DNA of 63,926 nucleotides, counting the filler, from Olpidium bornovanus S191 (taxonomy: Eukaryota; Fungi; Olpidiomycota): the NCBI GenBank assembly GCA_017911155.1. It is 28 parts of 28 records of this genome, joined end to end, with 100 filler letters (N's around TTAATTAATTAA, not from the genome) between each part and the next. Parts side by side here need not be neighbours in the genome. Positions count along the whole stretch, not along the records: positions 7,576 to 10,988 come from JAEFCI010010840.1; positions 11,089 to 13,449 come from JAEFCI010003478.1; positions 13,550 to 14,852 come from JAEFCI010010832.1; positions 14,953 to 17,073 come from JAEFCI010004699.1; positions 17,174 to 20,094 come from JAEFCI010010922.1; positions 20,195 to 21,768 come from JAEFCI010000661.1; 22 more parts are not named here. The stretch is one strand, 5' to 3'. Below, in pieces: positions 10,101 through 21,868 of the stretch; the stretch's first letter is position 1, and every line of letters starts with the position of its first letter. Under the pieces are notes generated by a model. It searched no databases, was not told the origin of the DNA, and saw nothing but the letters and a program-made list of their open reading frames with translations. The translations under genes and the position numbers were made by a program.

Positions 10101-11772
10101 TCGTAAACTGACAGACGCCTCGAAAATCAGAGGCAGGTTCGGCTGTGCGCAGAGGGAAGGGGATCTTGGGGTGGGAAGGCCCCGACACGGCGGCGCCAGC
10201 GGCGTACATATAAAAGAGACCGTCGACACTGTTGGCTGCTCTCGAGACGGAGTCGGGCGCGCTTCAAGGCCACCACCCGGTAACGGCGGTCGCGGGCGCG
10301 CCCTGCCTGTACGGCGCGGACATCGCGTGCGTCGACGAGTTCATCCGACGGCATCACACCGCCGGAAGCGCTGCAGCCCAGGCGCTGCACGGCGTCGGCA
10401 ACGCGCGGCACTCCCCGCCGCGCCCGTCGGCCCCGCCGCGCCGCCAACGTCGGACCGCAAAACGGGTGACATCCGGCCATGCAGCATCGCGGACGCTCAC
10501 GTCGCCGACATTCATCAGACAAGAAGTAGATTGTCGGCCGGCGCCAACGCCGGGCGCCGGGCGATGCGCGCGCCCGTCGTGAGACGCATCGTCGCGGGGC
10601 GCACGCGCCGCCGCGACGGGATCTACAACGTCTTGCGCTTGGTTTGATCCCGAAGGCGCGGGCGGGCGGGGCTCGCAGTGTCGTGAAGGAAAAGGGGATG
10701 CCGACCGCCGGGGGTTCGAAGTTCCAAAAACTTCGGAGCGGAAATCCAAAATTCACGGACAGGATTCAAACGTGCAGGAATGATAGCTAGGGTAGATATT
10801 TTTTGCCCCCCCCCCTTTTCTTTACGCGTGCCGACCCCGCGCGTCGCAAGCCCCCCCCCCCCCCCCCAAAAAAAAAAAAAAAACCCCCCAGCGAAAGCGC
10901 GCCGGTTGTCCGCCTCGCCGTTCCCCAGCGCGCCACTCCGCCTAAAGAAATGTATTGAACTTCTATGACATGTTGCAGGAAAGGAGAANNNNNNNNNNNN
11001 NNNNNNNNNNNNNNNNNNNNNNNNNNNNNNNNTTAATTAATTAANNNNNNNNNNNNNNNNNNNNNNNNNNNNNNNNNNNNNNNNNNNNCGTCGCGGCCAA
11101 CCGGGCAATTGTTCTGACGACGGAGAAACTACACCGCAGGAGGAAATCCGCAGAGGGCGGCCACAAGGTTTCTTGAACGTATAATGCGCAACCTCGTTTC
11201 GATGGCGGGGTGTTTCCCGCTGGGCCGGAAGTCCCTTTCGACGAAACTCTCGTTCTCCTGACAACGACCCGTGCGCGTTCAGAAAAATTGTTTGTTTCGG
11301 CAACGGTTTCAGGACATGCTGCGCAAGAAAGGTGGTGCGCTGTGTAGAACACCCCGCTTCCGTTCCGTAAGATTCCGCTCGCCGCAGATTTGAACCTCAG
11401 CAGCGCACTGTTGCTTTCGCCCGGACCGCTCCGCATGGCGGTCCTCTGCGAATGAAAGGGCAGCCTATATCGCATCACCTGCCGTATCACGCAGTCCGTA
11501 TCCTCCCGTATTTCGGTGTATCATAACTTTTCCCACGCCGCTTGGCGGGCAGGAGCGTGGCGGGCCGTTCCACGTTGCCCTGTCGAAATTTGTGCCGACA
11601 GTCTTTCTCCGCGTTCCATGAAACATTCTTTCACGTGCCGCCCCAACAAGGAAAAAAAAAAAAAAAAACCAAAAACCAAAAAGAGAAGCCACCGCCCCGC
11701 ACCTGCGGCTGAAACGAGCGGATCTGGTCCTGCGCACCCGCCGAATTTTTGTTATTATGCAAGAGTGGTAGA

Positions 11773-11809
<37 letters not shown>

Positions 11810-13549
11810 GGGGGGGGGGGTGGGGGGGGGGGGGGGGGGGGGGGGAGGGGGAAGGGCGGGCGCTGCCAGGGCGGGTGTTTGCAAGGGCGGCGGGAGGTGG
11901 GGGATTTTTCGTCTTGGGCCCAAACCGGAGGAGGGCGACGGACCGAGAGAGCGGCGCCCCGCCCACGCGTGAACACGCCACTCAAGCAGGCTTCGACGCG
12001 CCTCCCCGCGGCCCCGCCGGGACTCTCTCCCTGAAGCAGCAGGCGGCTGCGCCATGGACGGCCTGCGCTGCTGCCTCGTCCTCCGCCCGCACGCCCCGTG
12101 CCTGCGCCGCGCGCTGCCTCTGCGGCTTCCGCCGCGCACCCAGCAGCTGCCGAAGCCGCAGCAGCAGCAGCAGCAGCCGCACCACCACCACCAGCACCGC
12201 CGCCGGCTTCACCAACGACTCTCCGCCACAGCCGCACGACCACATTTCCCTCCGCCGTTGCGGCCTCCTGCAGCGCGAAGGGGCGTTGATGCCGCTGGGG
12301 CGCCTGCCGGAGCCGGTCCGCCGCCGGCGGCGCGTTCGCTCCTCGGCCGGCCTGCCGGCGGCATCGACGCGTCGGCGTCTGGGCCGTGCTTTCCGCTTAC
12401 CGCGGTCACGCGCCGCGGAACCGCCGTCACGGGGGACCAATGGCACCGGGAAAGGAACCAACCGGACCCCCGCCGGCCCGAAATGCCGCGATTTGGACTG
12501 CCAGCGCGGCGTTTTCTCACTCGTTCTGCTGCCGTGCCGCCGCTACCGCTGCCGCCAGAAGACGAGGAGGCGGAGGCGGAGGCGGTGCTGAGGATGCGGA
12601 AGGGAACGACGAAAGGTGGCGTTCGATCCGTTGACGCCGACGTCGCCTTTAACCGCCCAAACACGGTCTTTTTCCCCCTTTTATTCCCCCCCCTTGGTCG
12701 ATGTCCTCTGACCTGCGTGTTCTTATTGTTCCAGAGGACGTGGAGAAACGGCGAGAAAGTGTGATGTCCGGGTGCGAGGTTTGACCCTTCTCGGTTTTGT
12801 GAGGGAAAACGCAGAGCGGTTCTTCCCCTGGACGACTGACCCGCTTGGGCAATTCCCGCAGTTCTGCACACGTCATCCTCTACGCGATCGGCAGGTTCGT
12901 TTCTGCGGTTCCCACTGCTGAGGCGCCTTTGCCTTACGGGACAAATGCGACATCCAACCAACGGCGCGCCTCCGTGTTTTTGATCTTCCGTCGGTCTGCA
13001 GCAATTTGCTCGTCGCGGCCGCTAAAGCCGCCGCCGCTTACACCACAGGAAGTTCAGCTATTCTTGCAGAGTGAGCTCTGTTCTCATTGTCGCCTGGCGC
13101 CGGGAGAGTTCGTGAAAACGACCCGCGATGCGGGGAAAGCGTTTGGAAATGTTAAAGAATACGGGAGCGTGCCAAAACCGCTTGCAGGGTATTCCACTCG
13201 CTTGCAGACGCGTGCAACGAAGCATTCATTCTTTGGGGAATCCGGGCCTCGAAGAAACCGGCCGACCTCAACCATCCCTATGGGTTTCAAAGAGAGCGGT
13301 ATGCGTGGGCGCTTGGTAAGATGTTCCGAAATAATTTCGGCAGAGGGCCGAAGCAATTTTCCGGTGCCGGGAGTCTGATTTATTTTTGGTCCATAGTTAG
13401 CGGCTGTGGAGTGTTCTTCTTGGGCTGCGGTGTATCGATGTACCATGGCNNNNNNNNNNNNNNNNNNNNNNNNNNNNNNNNNNNNNNNNNNNNTTAATTA
13501 ATTAANNNNNNNNNNNNNNNNNNNNNNNNNNNNNNNNNNNNNNNNNNNN

Positions 13550-13575
13550 CCCCCCCCCCCCCCCCCCCCCCCCCC

Positions 13576-13641
<66 letters not shown>
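13550..13641. repeat. Poly-C tract at contig start
   Basis: About 90 nt of almost pure C; length unreliable. Confidence 0.9.
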
Positions 13642-13642
<1 letters not shown>

Positions 13643-13802
13643 TTCCCGTTTCCTTCTCCCCGCGCGTGCACGTCGAAAAGGCAGCCGGTGGCGTGAAGAG
13701 CCGGCGGCCGGTTTTTCCCGCCCGCGCGCCACACGCCGCATTACCCTGACCCGCTTCTCGGTTTCCTCGCGGCCGGGTCTCGCCGTGCGCTTCGGCGACC
13801 GC

Positions 13803-13835
<33 letters not shown>

Positions 13836-13838
<3 letters not shown>

Positions 13839-14852
13839 CAAGGCCGCTTCCAGGTTTGCCCCGTTCAAGCCGCGGGCGGCTCCCAGAAAACAGCCGGGAC
13901 CTTCCAAAGCGGCGCCGCCCCCCGACGAGGTAGTCGGCCAGAACCGCTCGTCCTTCGGTGAAGAGGCGAGCGTGCCGACGCAGGCGCCGCCGTCACCCGA
14001 GCCGACAGTGGTCTCCGCCCCGAATCCTGCGCCGGCACCTTTGCCACCGCCGAAGGGCAACACGATCCCTATCCCGGGGTCTTCTTTGGGAGCTACTGGA
14101 GGGCCGGCCGCGGCCGCGGAAGAACCGGAAGACGCCGCCGAGCCGGTCTCGGGCGACGAGGGCCAGGACAACACGGCGGCGGAGGGAAACCAACGGAAAA
14201 AACGACGCACCGGAGATGGGACCCAGCGGCGAGGCGGCGGCCCGAAGCTGCTGGACAACTTCGAGGACTACGACGCTCAGCTGGGAAGAGACGTTTCTGG
14301 GAAGAGCCTGAAGGACTTCTGCAAGGTGGCCTACGCGCACGGAAAGCCCATGAAGGCGTGGTACGAGAAGCAGAAGGCGCTGGCCGCGGAGTCGAAGAAG
14401 AAGCGAGCCGAGGAGAAGCAGAGACGTGAGGTTGCCAGGGCAGCCCTCCTCAAGAAGCGCGACGGATCGCCTACGTCGTCGGCGTCCGGGGAGGCCGCGC
14501 CATCACCTGCGGCCCCGGACGAAGCGTCTGACGGAGAAAATGCGGAGTCGGGAACGGAGGACGCGCCCGCGCGGCCGGTCGCTCCGCCAAAGCTTAATCA
14601 GTACGTCTTCTTCCGTGGGGTCCGTCTGCGAACAGCGTCGGAACCCGCGCCTCTTGCGCGTCGAACCTGCGGACCGATGGTCCCCGATTGGAGGTTAACA
14701 TTCTGCAACTCAGCGCTGCCCCGCAGCTCCGCATGGTAAACGGCGTGTGGATTTTTGACACCGACACGCTCCGCGTGTCACACCGCGCGATACACGACGA
14801 GCAGCCCGAGCCGATGGAGGTGACGGAGGAGAGCGCGTCGACGCAGATGGTC
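13836..14852 (+). CDS. BDP1: TFIIIB component B'' (Bdp1), N-terminal part, partial
   Basis: KAASRFAPFKPRAAPRK at the N-terminus, SGKSLKDFCK, and after an intron AAPQLRMVNGVWIFDTDTLRV...EPMEVTEESASTQMV, the conserved fungal Bdp1 segment preceding the SANT/Myb domain. The contig ends before that domain. Confidence 0.75.
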
Positions 14853-14972
14853 NNNNNNNNNNNNNNNNNNNNNNNNNNNNNNNNNNNNNNNNNNNNTTAA
14901 TTAATTAANNNNNNNNNNNNNNNNNNNNNNNNNNNNNNNNNNNNNNNNNNNNGTATAAGAAAACCAAAAACA

Positions 14973-15809
14973 CTAAAAATTTTGAGGGATGCTCGCTAAG
15001 AGTGACGGAATCGAAGACACCCACCCTGGCGTCCCGACGGTCCACATGATGATGATCTGTACGGAAGCGGGGTTTTAGAGACACCCCCCTCCGACCGCAA
15101 GCATAGAAAGAAACAGTATCCCTAAGGCAAAGGTTTTTTTTTCCCAGATACCTGATCTCCCGGTACGCGCTGGCTGTTCTGAGGCTGCGTAATGGCGGCG
15201 ATGGTTGCCTCCACCGTGGGATCGGCGAAAGCATCGTATGTGATTTTGAAGGAGTCGGACACCGCCGTGCTGTTGTCTGGGTAGCCGACTTGAATTCTGC
15301 AATTTTTGGAAAGCCGAAGAGATAAACGAGAGCGTTCGATGGAGAGGTGCATCACAACAGACGGCAAATCCCGGCGCTTCGGCTTACCGGTACTTGTCCG
15401 TATTGATGTTGTTCGGGAGCGTCCAGTTGTACTTCTGCATTTTCGGCAGTGCCGTGCCGATCTTCCGGCAGAACGTCGAGTTTTCGTACAGGAGGTCGAT
15501 GTTGAGTTTCCTCCCTCTGCGAATTCGACGCGGGCGAAGCGACGCACGGGAAAGTCAAACCGCGGACCGTCGAAATGACCCAGGGCCGGGCATTCGGACG
15601 GTTTGGCCCCCTCACCCAGGCGCCTCCAGTTCCCACGAGATGTCGATCCAGCTGGACGGCGACCGGTAGTCGACCCCGTTTTTTCCGCCGGAAACGCTCC
15701 GGATGGTGGCAGAGACGCTGTCGTCGTTCATGGGGTCTTGGGCGGCGGCGATGGTTCCAAACAGGAGGGTCACCGCTAACGCGGAGAGGACCCGGACGAC
15801 CTTGGCCAT
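14973..15809 (-). CDS. Secreted Kre9/Knh1-like (Ser/Thr-rich GPI-anchored family type) protein, 4 exons
   Basis: Signal peptide MAKVVRVLSALAVTLLFGTIAAAQ, then IDISWELEAP / KLNIDLLYENSTFCRKIGTALPKMQKYNWTLPNNINTDKY / RIQVGYPDNSTAVSDSFKI, the Ig-like pattern of this family. Canonical GTGAG/GTAAG/GTATC...CAG introns. The last exon is less certain. Confidence 0.65.
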
Positions 15810-17469
15810 GGCTGCGAGCTGGGGGGCTCGTCGGTTTTTCGTGTGCGGTTCGCAGGCAGAATTTTCGCCAGCTGCTTCCGTACTTCTGTTTAATCTTTCG
15901 GTTGCGGTCTCTCCGGGCGGGTTGACGGCGGCCTTTTGGACGTGCCGGGTCCGTCCTCCCGCGCGGGCGCCGCCTGCGTCGTAGATCGAGTCCCCGGGGT
16001 TCCCCGTTCCGGTGTTTTGCCGCGCGCCGATTGGCCCGTCGCGGCGGAAAGGCGGCGGATCCCCTGGAAACGACAGAAAGCGATCCGAGCCGGGAACGTC
16101 GGAAAACGCCTCCCCTTAACGCCGCCGCAGATGCGCCTTTTCGTCCTCTCCCCGACCCCGCGCGCGGCTTTCGCAGTGACCCCCGATAATGCCGTCGCAG
16201 GTGTCCACGCTCCCCTCCGTTCCGCGAATCCGAAACGTGAAAAAAAAAAAACGGTCCCGCCGTGAGTGGTGTGGAAGCTTGCGAGAAGTCTCCATCGTGC
16301 AAGCTGCGCGATTTCCCACTTCCGCAGGCGGGCCCGCGCGCGCGACGCGACACGCGAAACTCATAAAGAAAATTCCACCAAAAGAAACCGCGGAGAGGCG
16401 AGGATGGCGTGAGCTGTGGAGCTCCATCGGAGAGCGCTGTTTCAGACCACGCGACACATTTCTTCAGAAGCCATCGGGAGTCCAGGCTGCACGGCATTGG
16501 CACCGCCTTCGGGTTTGTTCCAAGGGGATCACGTAACGTAACGGGCTTAGAGGGCGTGCGGTCATGATTTATAAAGACAGAGATTTCCTCGGGCCACTTG
16601 GTCGTCTGCATACGACGACAACCGGTCGTTCGGCAGTTCCCAGCGCTGCTACCAGCAGCCGTCGCGGAGGAGCGAGTCCTGCCGGGGCGGTTTACTAAGA
16701 ACACACTGACAGCTCCGTCTTCGAAGGGCACTTCAGAGTCTTTTCCGAGGTTTCCTATCGACCTCGTAGAGTGTCACCGTGGAGTCTTGAAGCAAGTGCC
16801 TTAAGATATCCCTCCCGCTCTTCCTCTCTTTCTATTCGACAAAAGTAGTTCGACAGCACCGGGCGCTGTCACTCTATCGAGAAGGTTGCCCAAGGTCTGC
16901 CGCGGGTGAACGCGCTGGCGCAAAACATTCAAGGATAGAACGTCAGAAAGAGGCAAGCACGCATCTCCGAGACCATGCCCTTAGCGCCGAATAATGGTGG
17001 AGAAGGCCGACAGCTTTTCAGGTCCCGCGCGCTGGTTGGGCACTAACAGCATCGATCGGGGGTAAAAAAAAAANNNNNNNNNNNNNNNNNNNNNNNNNNN
17101 NNNNNNNNNNNNNNNNNTTAATTAATTAANNNNNNNNNNNNNNNNNNNNNNNNNNNNNNNNNNNNNNNNNNNNAAATCCCGTTCGGAATTTTAGAGCCAG
17201 CGCCACGGTGCGAACAATGACATCACTCAACAGAGGGGAGCGCTGCGAAAAGCGGCGGATATCGATATAGAATAGAGTAGATATCGATATCATGATAGGT
17301 CTCGGGTGTATAAAAGAAGCAGCAATCTATCGCATTCTGTTGCCGCCTTTCGGAATTCCCGTTCCGAATCCTCCTAACGTGAATCATCAGTATGATGTGC
17401 AGTGTAAGGAGCCTGTGAAAACAGGTCAACGTCATGCCGGGGGGGCGTTAACTTATTTTGATAGGATAC

Positions 17470-17790
17470 CAGGTCACGCCAAAATCGCCAAGTCACGTGA
17501 CCAATCGTTCGCCATAAATGTGGGTATTTTGAGTCTGCGTTTTTTCGCGTTTTCCTGGTTTTATGCAGTTTTCAAAAAAATTTCATCTCTTTTTTTCTCG
17601 AACATTTTTGCTATGAATTATAATAAATGCGAAACTCACTGTACTCAAATACTCAATTTTCAGGAAGTATATAAAAACAGCATAAATCGCTATAAAAAAG
17701 TACTAAATTAAGCATAAATTTTATACAATTTGAGACTAATATGAGTCATTGAGCTTTAGTAGTGACATAGTTTTGGCACGTGACTAAGTA
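17470..17790. mobile_element. AT-rich MITE-like/foldback element
   Basis: Left GTCACGCCAAAA..AAGTCACGTGACC versus right TTTTGGCACGTGACT (inverted). Internal inverted pair TTATGCAGTTTT / AAAACAGCATAAA. Sharp drop in GC relative to the flanks. Confidence 0.45.
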
Positions 17791-17979
17791 GTTGGATTGG
17801 TAGTCAGACTTACAGCAGCCGCATAGTCCGTCATTGTTAGAATGCATATAGTCAATGCGTGTCATAGTTAGTGGACTATGACACGCGCGCCGCGATGGCG
17901 GCGGAGAGCGCCGCCAGAAGGGGCGCCGAGATGGCGCCGCGCGCCGCGGCGCCGGCGCAGAGAGCGCCGAGATGGCATT

Positions 17980-18460
17980 GACCATGCAGATGGCGGCGAT
18001 GCAGATGCCGCGTTTGACAGAAGACGACGGCGTAGCCGCCGTCGAAAGCGCTAGTGAGCGCGGTTCCGTCAGCGATGGAACCGGAAACTAACCGGACGTG
18101 ACAATGGTTGCTCAGGGTACAGAGTCTAACCCTAACTTCGACGTTTCCGACGTTCCTCCGATTAGGATGGACGACGAGATTGTGCGAGAGGCGCAGAAGA
18201 AGTTGGAGGCAACTCGCCTCCTGTTCCAGCAGTAGCCGGCAGAAGAGGCTCCACAGCCCGTCGCAGCATCATCTCGGTGTGCGATCTTTGCGAGGGGATT
18301 CCGCGATGTGCTGCCACAAGTACACAAGTTTAAGAAGCCTTTCAATCTTTAAAACGAAGGCGGACGGCTATCACATGCACTGCATTCACTCGGACAATGC
18401 GTACGGCCGTCCCGCCGATGACCTCGCCGTGATTGAAGTGAGCGCGGCGCCGTGTTAAGT
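17980..18460 (+). pseudogene. Decayed ORF, possibly transposon-derived (gag-like)
   Basis: Protein-like reading MDDEIVREAQKKLEATRLLFQQ*PAEE...KTKADGYHMHCIHSDNAYGRPADDLAVIEV, broken by TAA/TAG stops and a frameshift, preceded by GC-rich short repeats at 17880-18000. Confidence 0.3.
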
Positions 18461-18761
18461 GGGTGGCTCGTCGCCGCAGGTGTATCGCACTAGAGCACGT
18501 ACCTTTCCCTCATGGCAAGGGCGCCTTTTCCGTACGACGGGGAAGGAATGCTGCACGGGCCGGGGAGCGGTCGTAAAGAATAAAACACCTGGATTGGCGG
18601 TCACTTCGCGCTAGCCCGTTGCGGAAACCCGACGAGACCAGCGAACACTGGAACGGGAGAGGGGCGGGGGTGGTCCGCCGGAAAAGAAAGGAAGAGAAAA
18701 AAAAAAAAAAAAAAAAAAATCGCCAAGGTCGACGACAACCGCCCTCCTCCCTCTTCCCGAC

Positions 18762-19769
18762 ATGACAAACCTGGTGCCATCCGAGCTGAAGGTGCGGGAG
18801 GAGGTGGAAGGAAGAGTGTGGGAGAGAGACAGGCGAGGGACAGCGGGAGAGGGCAAGGGGAAAAGGGCGTACACTGACAGATCGAAGCCGGTCGCCAGCG
18901 GGTTTGGCAACTCGGGCGCATGCGACGAATGTGCCGACGTTTCTGACCGCCTCGGCGTCTCTGTCGCGGGCCTGCCCCTGCCTTGCGCGCTTTTCCCAGG
19001 TCGTGGAGCTCCGCACGGAACTCCAGAAGCGCGGGCTGCTGACCAAGGGCCTGAAGTCGGAACTCGTTGCCCGGCTGGACCAGGCGATGGCGGAGGAGTT
19101 GGCTCAGGTGGCCGAGAACGCGGAACGGGCCGGAGAAGAGGAGGAGGAGGAGGAGGAGGAGCGGCAGCGGCAGCAACAAGAGTTCTGGAAGGCTCACGAA
19201 GGCCGCGACCGCGTCGACGGCGGGCCGATCTCCGCCGGCGAGTTCCGGGAGGGCGATCCCCGCAACGTCGCGTACGACGATCCCAAGCCGCCGCACGATG
19301 AACCCCGCGACCACGACCGGCGCCGGCAGCGCGCCGACTGCGACGACCGCGCCAGGAACGAGAGATCCGGAGACGCGCGCGCCGAGGAGCCCGACGCGCC
19401 GGAGCGGTTCTACGGCCGCAGCGGCCGGGAGGGCGGCGACAGGCGGCGCGAGGATCCGGACGACGCCGAGCGGGCCCGCGAGCGCGGCGATTCGGAGCGG
19501 GAGGAGCGCAGGAGACACGGCAGGCGTGCCGGCGGAGCAGAAGATTATGATAGGAGGGCCCGCGCGTCAACCCGCCGTCGCGACGAGGCCGACGATTTAG
19601 AGAGGAGAAACCGCGGCGAAGTCGGCGGCTACGCGACCGGTCGCGAGGGCCACCGCGGTGAGCGAAATCTTGATCCGCCTGCGACGTTGGCAGATTCCCT
19701 TCAGCTCTTGTCGCGCAGTGCCAGCGGGTCCATCTCGGTTTTCTCGGCGGGGAGGGGTGGGGGAGGGGG

Positions 19770-19817
<48 letters not shown>

Positions 19818-20008
19818 CTTGGGGAGTTAGGGGCTTTTGAGGGCTGCTCAAGCATATCGTTGTTATCCAATCTGTATACGGGATTTCCAAATCCTCATCT
19901 GTCTAACCGTGCTGCGCCTGTCGCCAGTTTCCGGAAGGGATCGAAGGTACGATAATCAGGCAGAAAGTTTCCTGAATCAGTTTGGAGAGCGCTCGCTCGA
20001 GGACAATG
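18762..20008 (+). CDS. SAP-domain nuclear protein with acidic and Arg/Asp-rich region (Acinus/SAF-like), partial
   Basis: Exon 18762-18791 (MTNLVPSELK), intron GTGCGG...CCCAG, and exon from 19000 (VVELRTELQKRGLLTKGLKSELVARLDQAM) together form a SAP motif. Long E- and RD-rich tract follows; donor GTGAGC near 19658; a probable further exon near 19945-20008. Confidence 0.75.
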
Positions 20009-21651
20009 GTATGCCTCCAGTCCGGAGAGCTCTCTTGGCCTCGTGGGAATTCCGGTGTTGTCTGCCGCCTGAGCGCCTCCGCGCTTCCCTCATGNNNNNN
20101 NNNNNNNNNNNNNNNNNNNNNNNNNNNNNNNNNNNNNNTTAATTAATTAANNNNNNNNNNNNNNNNNNNNNNNNNNNNNNNNNNNNNNNNNNNNCGGGCC
20201 AATGACAAAATCGCAGAACCGCCCGGGAGCTAAACGATAAAAGCCGCACAAGGCCGCATACCCGAGCTTGGGTCGACCGTCATCATTCAATTCTGCGGGA
20301 ACGTCTCGCACCATGCAAACCCGCGGCCGTCAGTATTAATGGCTGTGAGACCTCGCATCTCCGGAAGCGAAGGGGGCCCAGGTTCGCGGAGAGCCCGCTG
20401 CGTTACAGGCGATGTGGGCACGCTGTCGGAAGGACACACTTGAACAGGAAAGAAAAAACACTAAAAGAAAAAAAGAAAACAGAAGATACACGCGTACTGA
20501 GAGTGATCCCTTGCGGTTAACGAAGCTATAGCTTGTTATGGTCACCGTTGCGTGCTGGAATAGGTGTGCTGCGGAAAAGTTGGTGGCGCGGGTGTGATTG
20601 AGAATGTTCGACGGTTGTATTTGTTCCGTTTATGTTTCTCTTGCTAATTATCTGTTCGAAAAATCAGCTGTGGTTGCTCGCCACCCGAACGTCAATGTGC
20701 CCTCAAGCCTCTTACCTGTTCCTGAGCAGCAGGCGGACAGTCCTGCCGCTTTTTTTGGCTGACTCTGGACAAGGTTTACTGCATACGGGAGAAAACCAGG
20801 GGTGCGGCGAAATACGGGATTCGGGAGTTTAACTCTGACGGGCACATTGTTTCAATGGTCTCTTGGGGCCAAAGCCGTGGCGCACAACCAGGAACTACAC
20901 TGCCAGCGCTTAACCTTTGGCCCCTCCGCCGGCCAATGGCGTTGTGGGGAAAGCCGGATATCTTGTTTGATGCTTGAGCACAAAAAGAATTGGGGCCAAG
21001 TTTTTCAATGGCGCCATTTGATGCGTAAACGTGATAGAGTACCGTCTTATGAAACTATGGTGTTAAACCAAGGCTACCTATCGGTAGCTGTGAGGTAGTC
21101 GTTGTCAGAATCATCAAGTATCGCGCGTCAGGTTAAAATTTACGAACATCGTCTAGTAAAGTTGCAGAACTTGGGAAACGAACAGTGGAGCAGCGAGCTC
21201 GGTTTTTCGGTGGGCCACACAGTTTCCTCTGGCCTGGAGGTGTGCGGCCCCACGGCGCCGCGGCGTCCGCTGCGGGAGCGCAAAATCCAGGCCGCCTGTC
21301 TCGCGCGGGGGAGAAGGGACCGTTTCGCCGCGTGGCCGAATCACCTCGGCCGTAAAATATAGTAATGACGTACGAGGCAGAGCGGCGGCGGCGGCGGCGG
21401 CGGCGGCGTGTGCGGGTTGGGTGGGGGGGGGGCGGCGGCGGAAAACGGGCGCCGCCCTGCGGTCTCCGCTCCGCAGCAGGGTCCGCACGGCCCCCGTTTC
21501 CCGCCCGTTTCCTCTTCCTCTCTCGCCCGCCCGCCTCTTCGGGAAGGCGCACGTCCGCGCGGGGGAAGGGGCGGGCGGGGGGAGATCACCGCGAACCGGC
21601 CCCGCTCAGCCTCACCCCCGCCACCACGCCACGCGTCAAACGAGAACAACG

Positions 21652-21768
<117 letters not shown>

Positions 21769-21868
21769 NNNNNNNNNNNNNNNNNNNNNNNNNNNNNNNN
21801 NNNNNNNNNNNNTTAATTAATTAANNNNNNNNNNNNNNNNNNNNNNNNNNNNNNNNNNNNNNNNNNNN

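Noticed and set aside
11465-12961. Many overlapping Gly/Pro/Arg/Ala-rich ORFs
   Set aside because: Produced by poly-G/C tracts and very high GC; no domain or consistent exon structure could be supported.
12845-13446. Opposing ORFs with a KHSF segment suggesting a tyrosine recombinase
   Set aside because: The R-H-R-Y catalytic set could not be found; too weak to call.
15352-16731. 459-aa ORF on the minus strand
   Set aside because: It runs through promoter DNA and the introns of the secreted-protein gene in the wrong frame; an incidental GC-rich ORF.
20194-21360. Possible spliced gene with GTAAGA/GTACGC donors
   Set aside because: No frame gave a recognisable or consistent protein.
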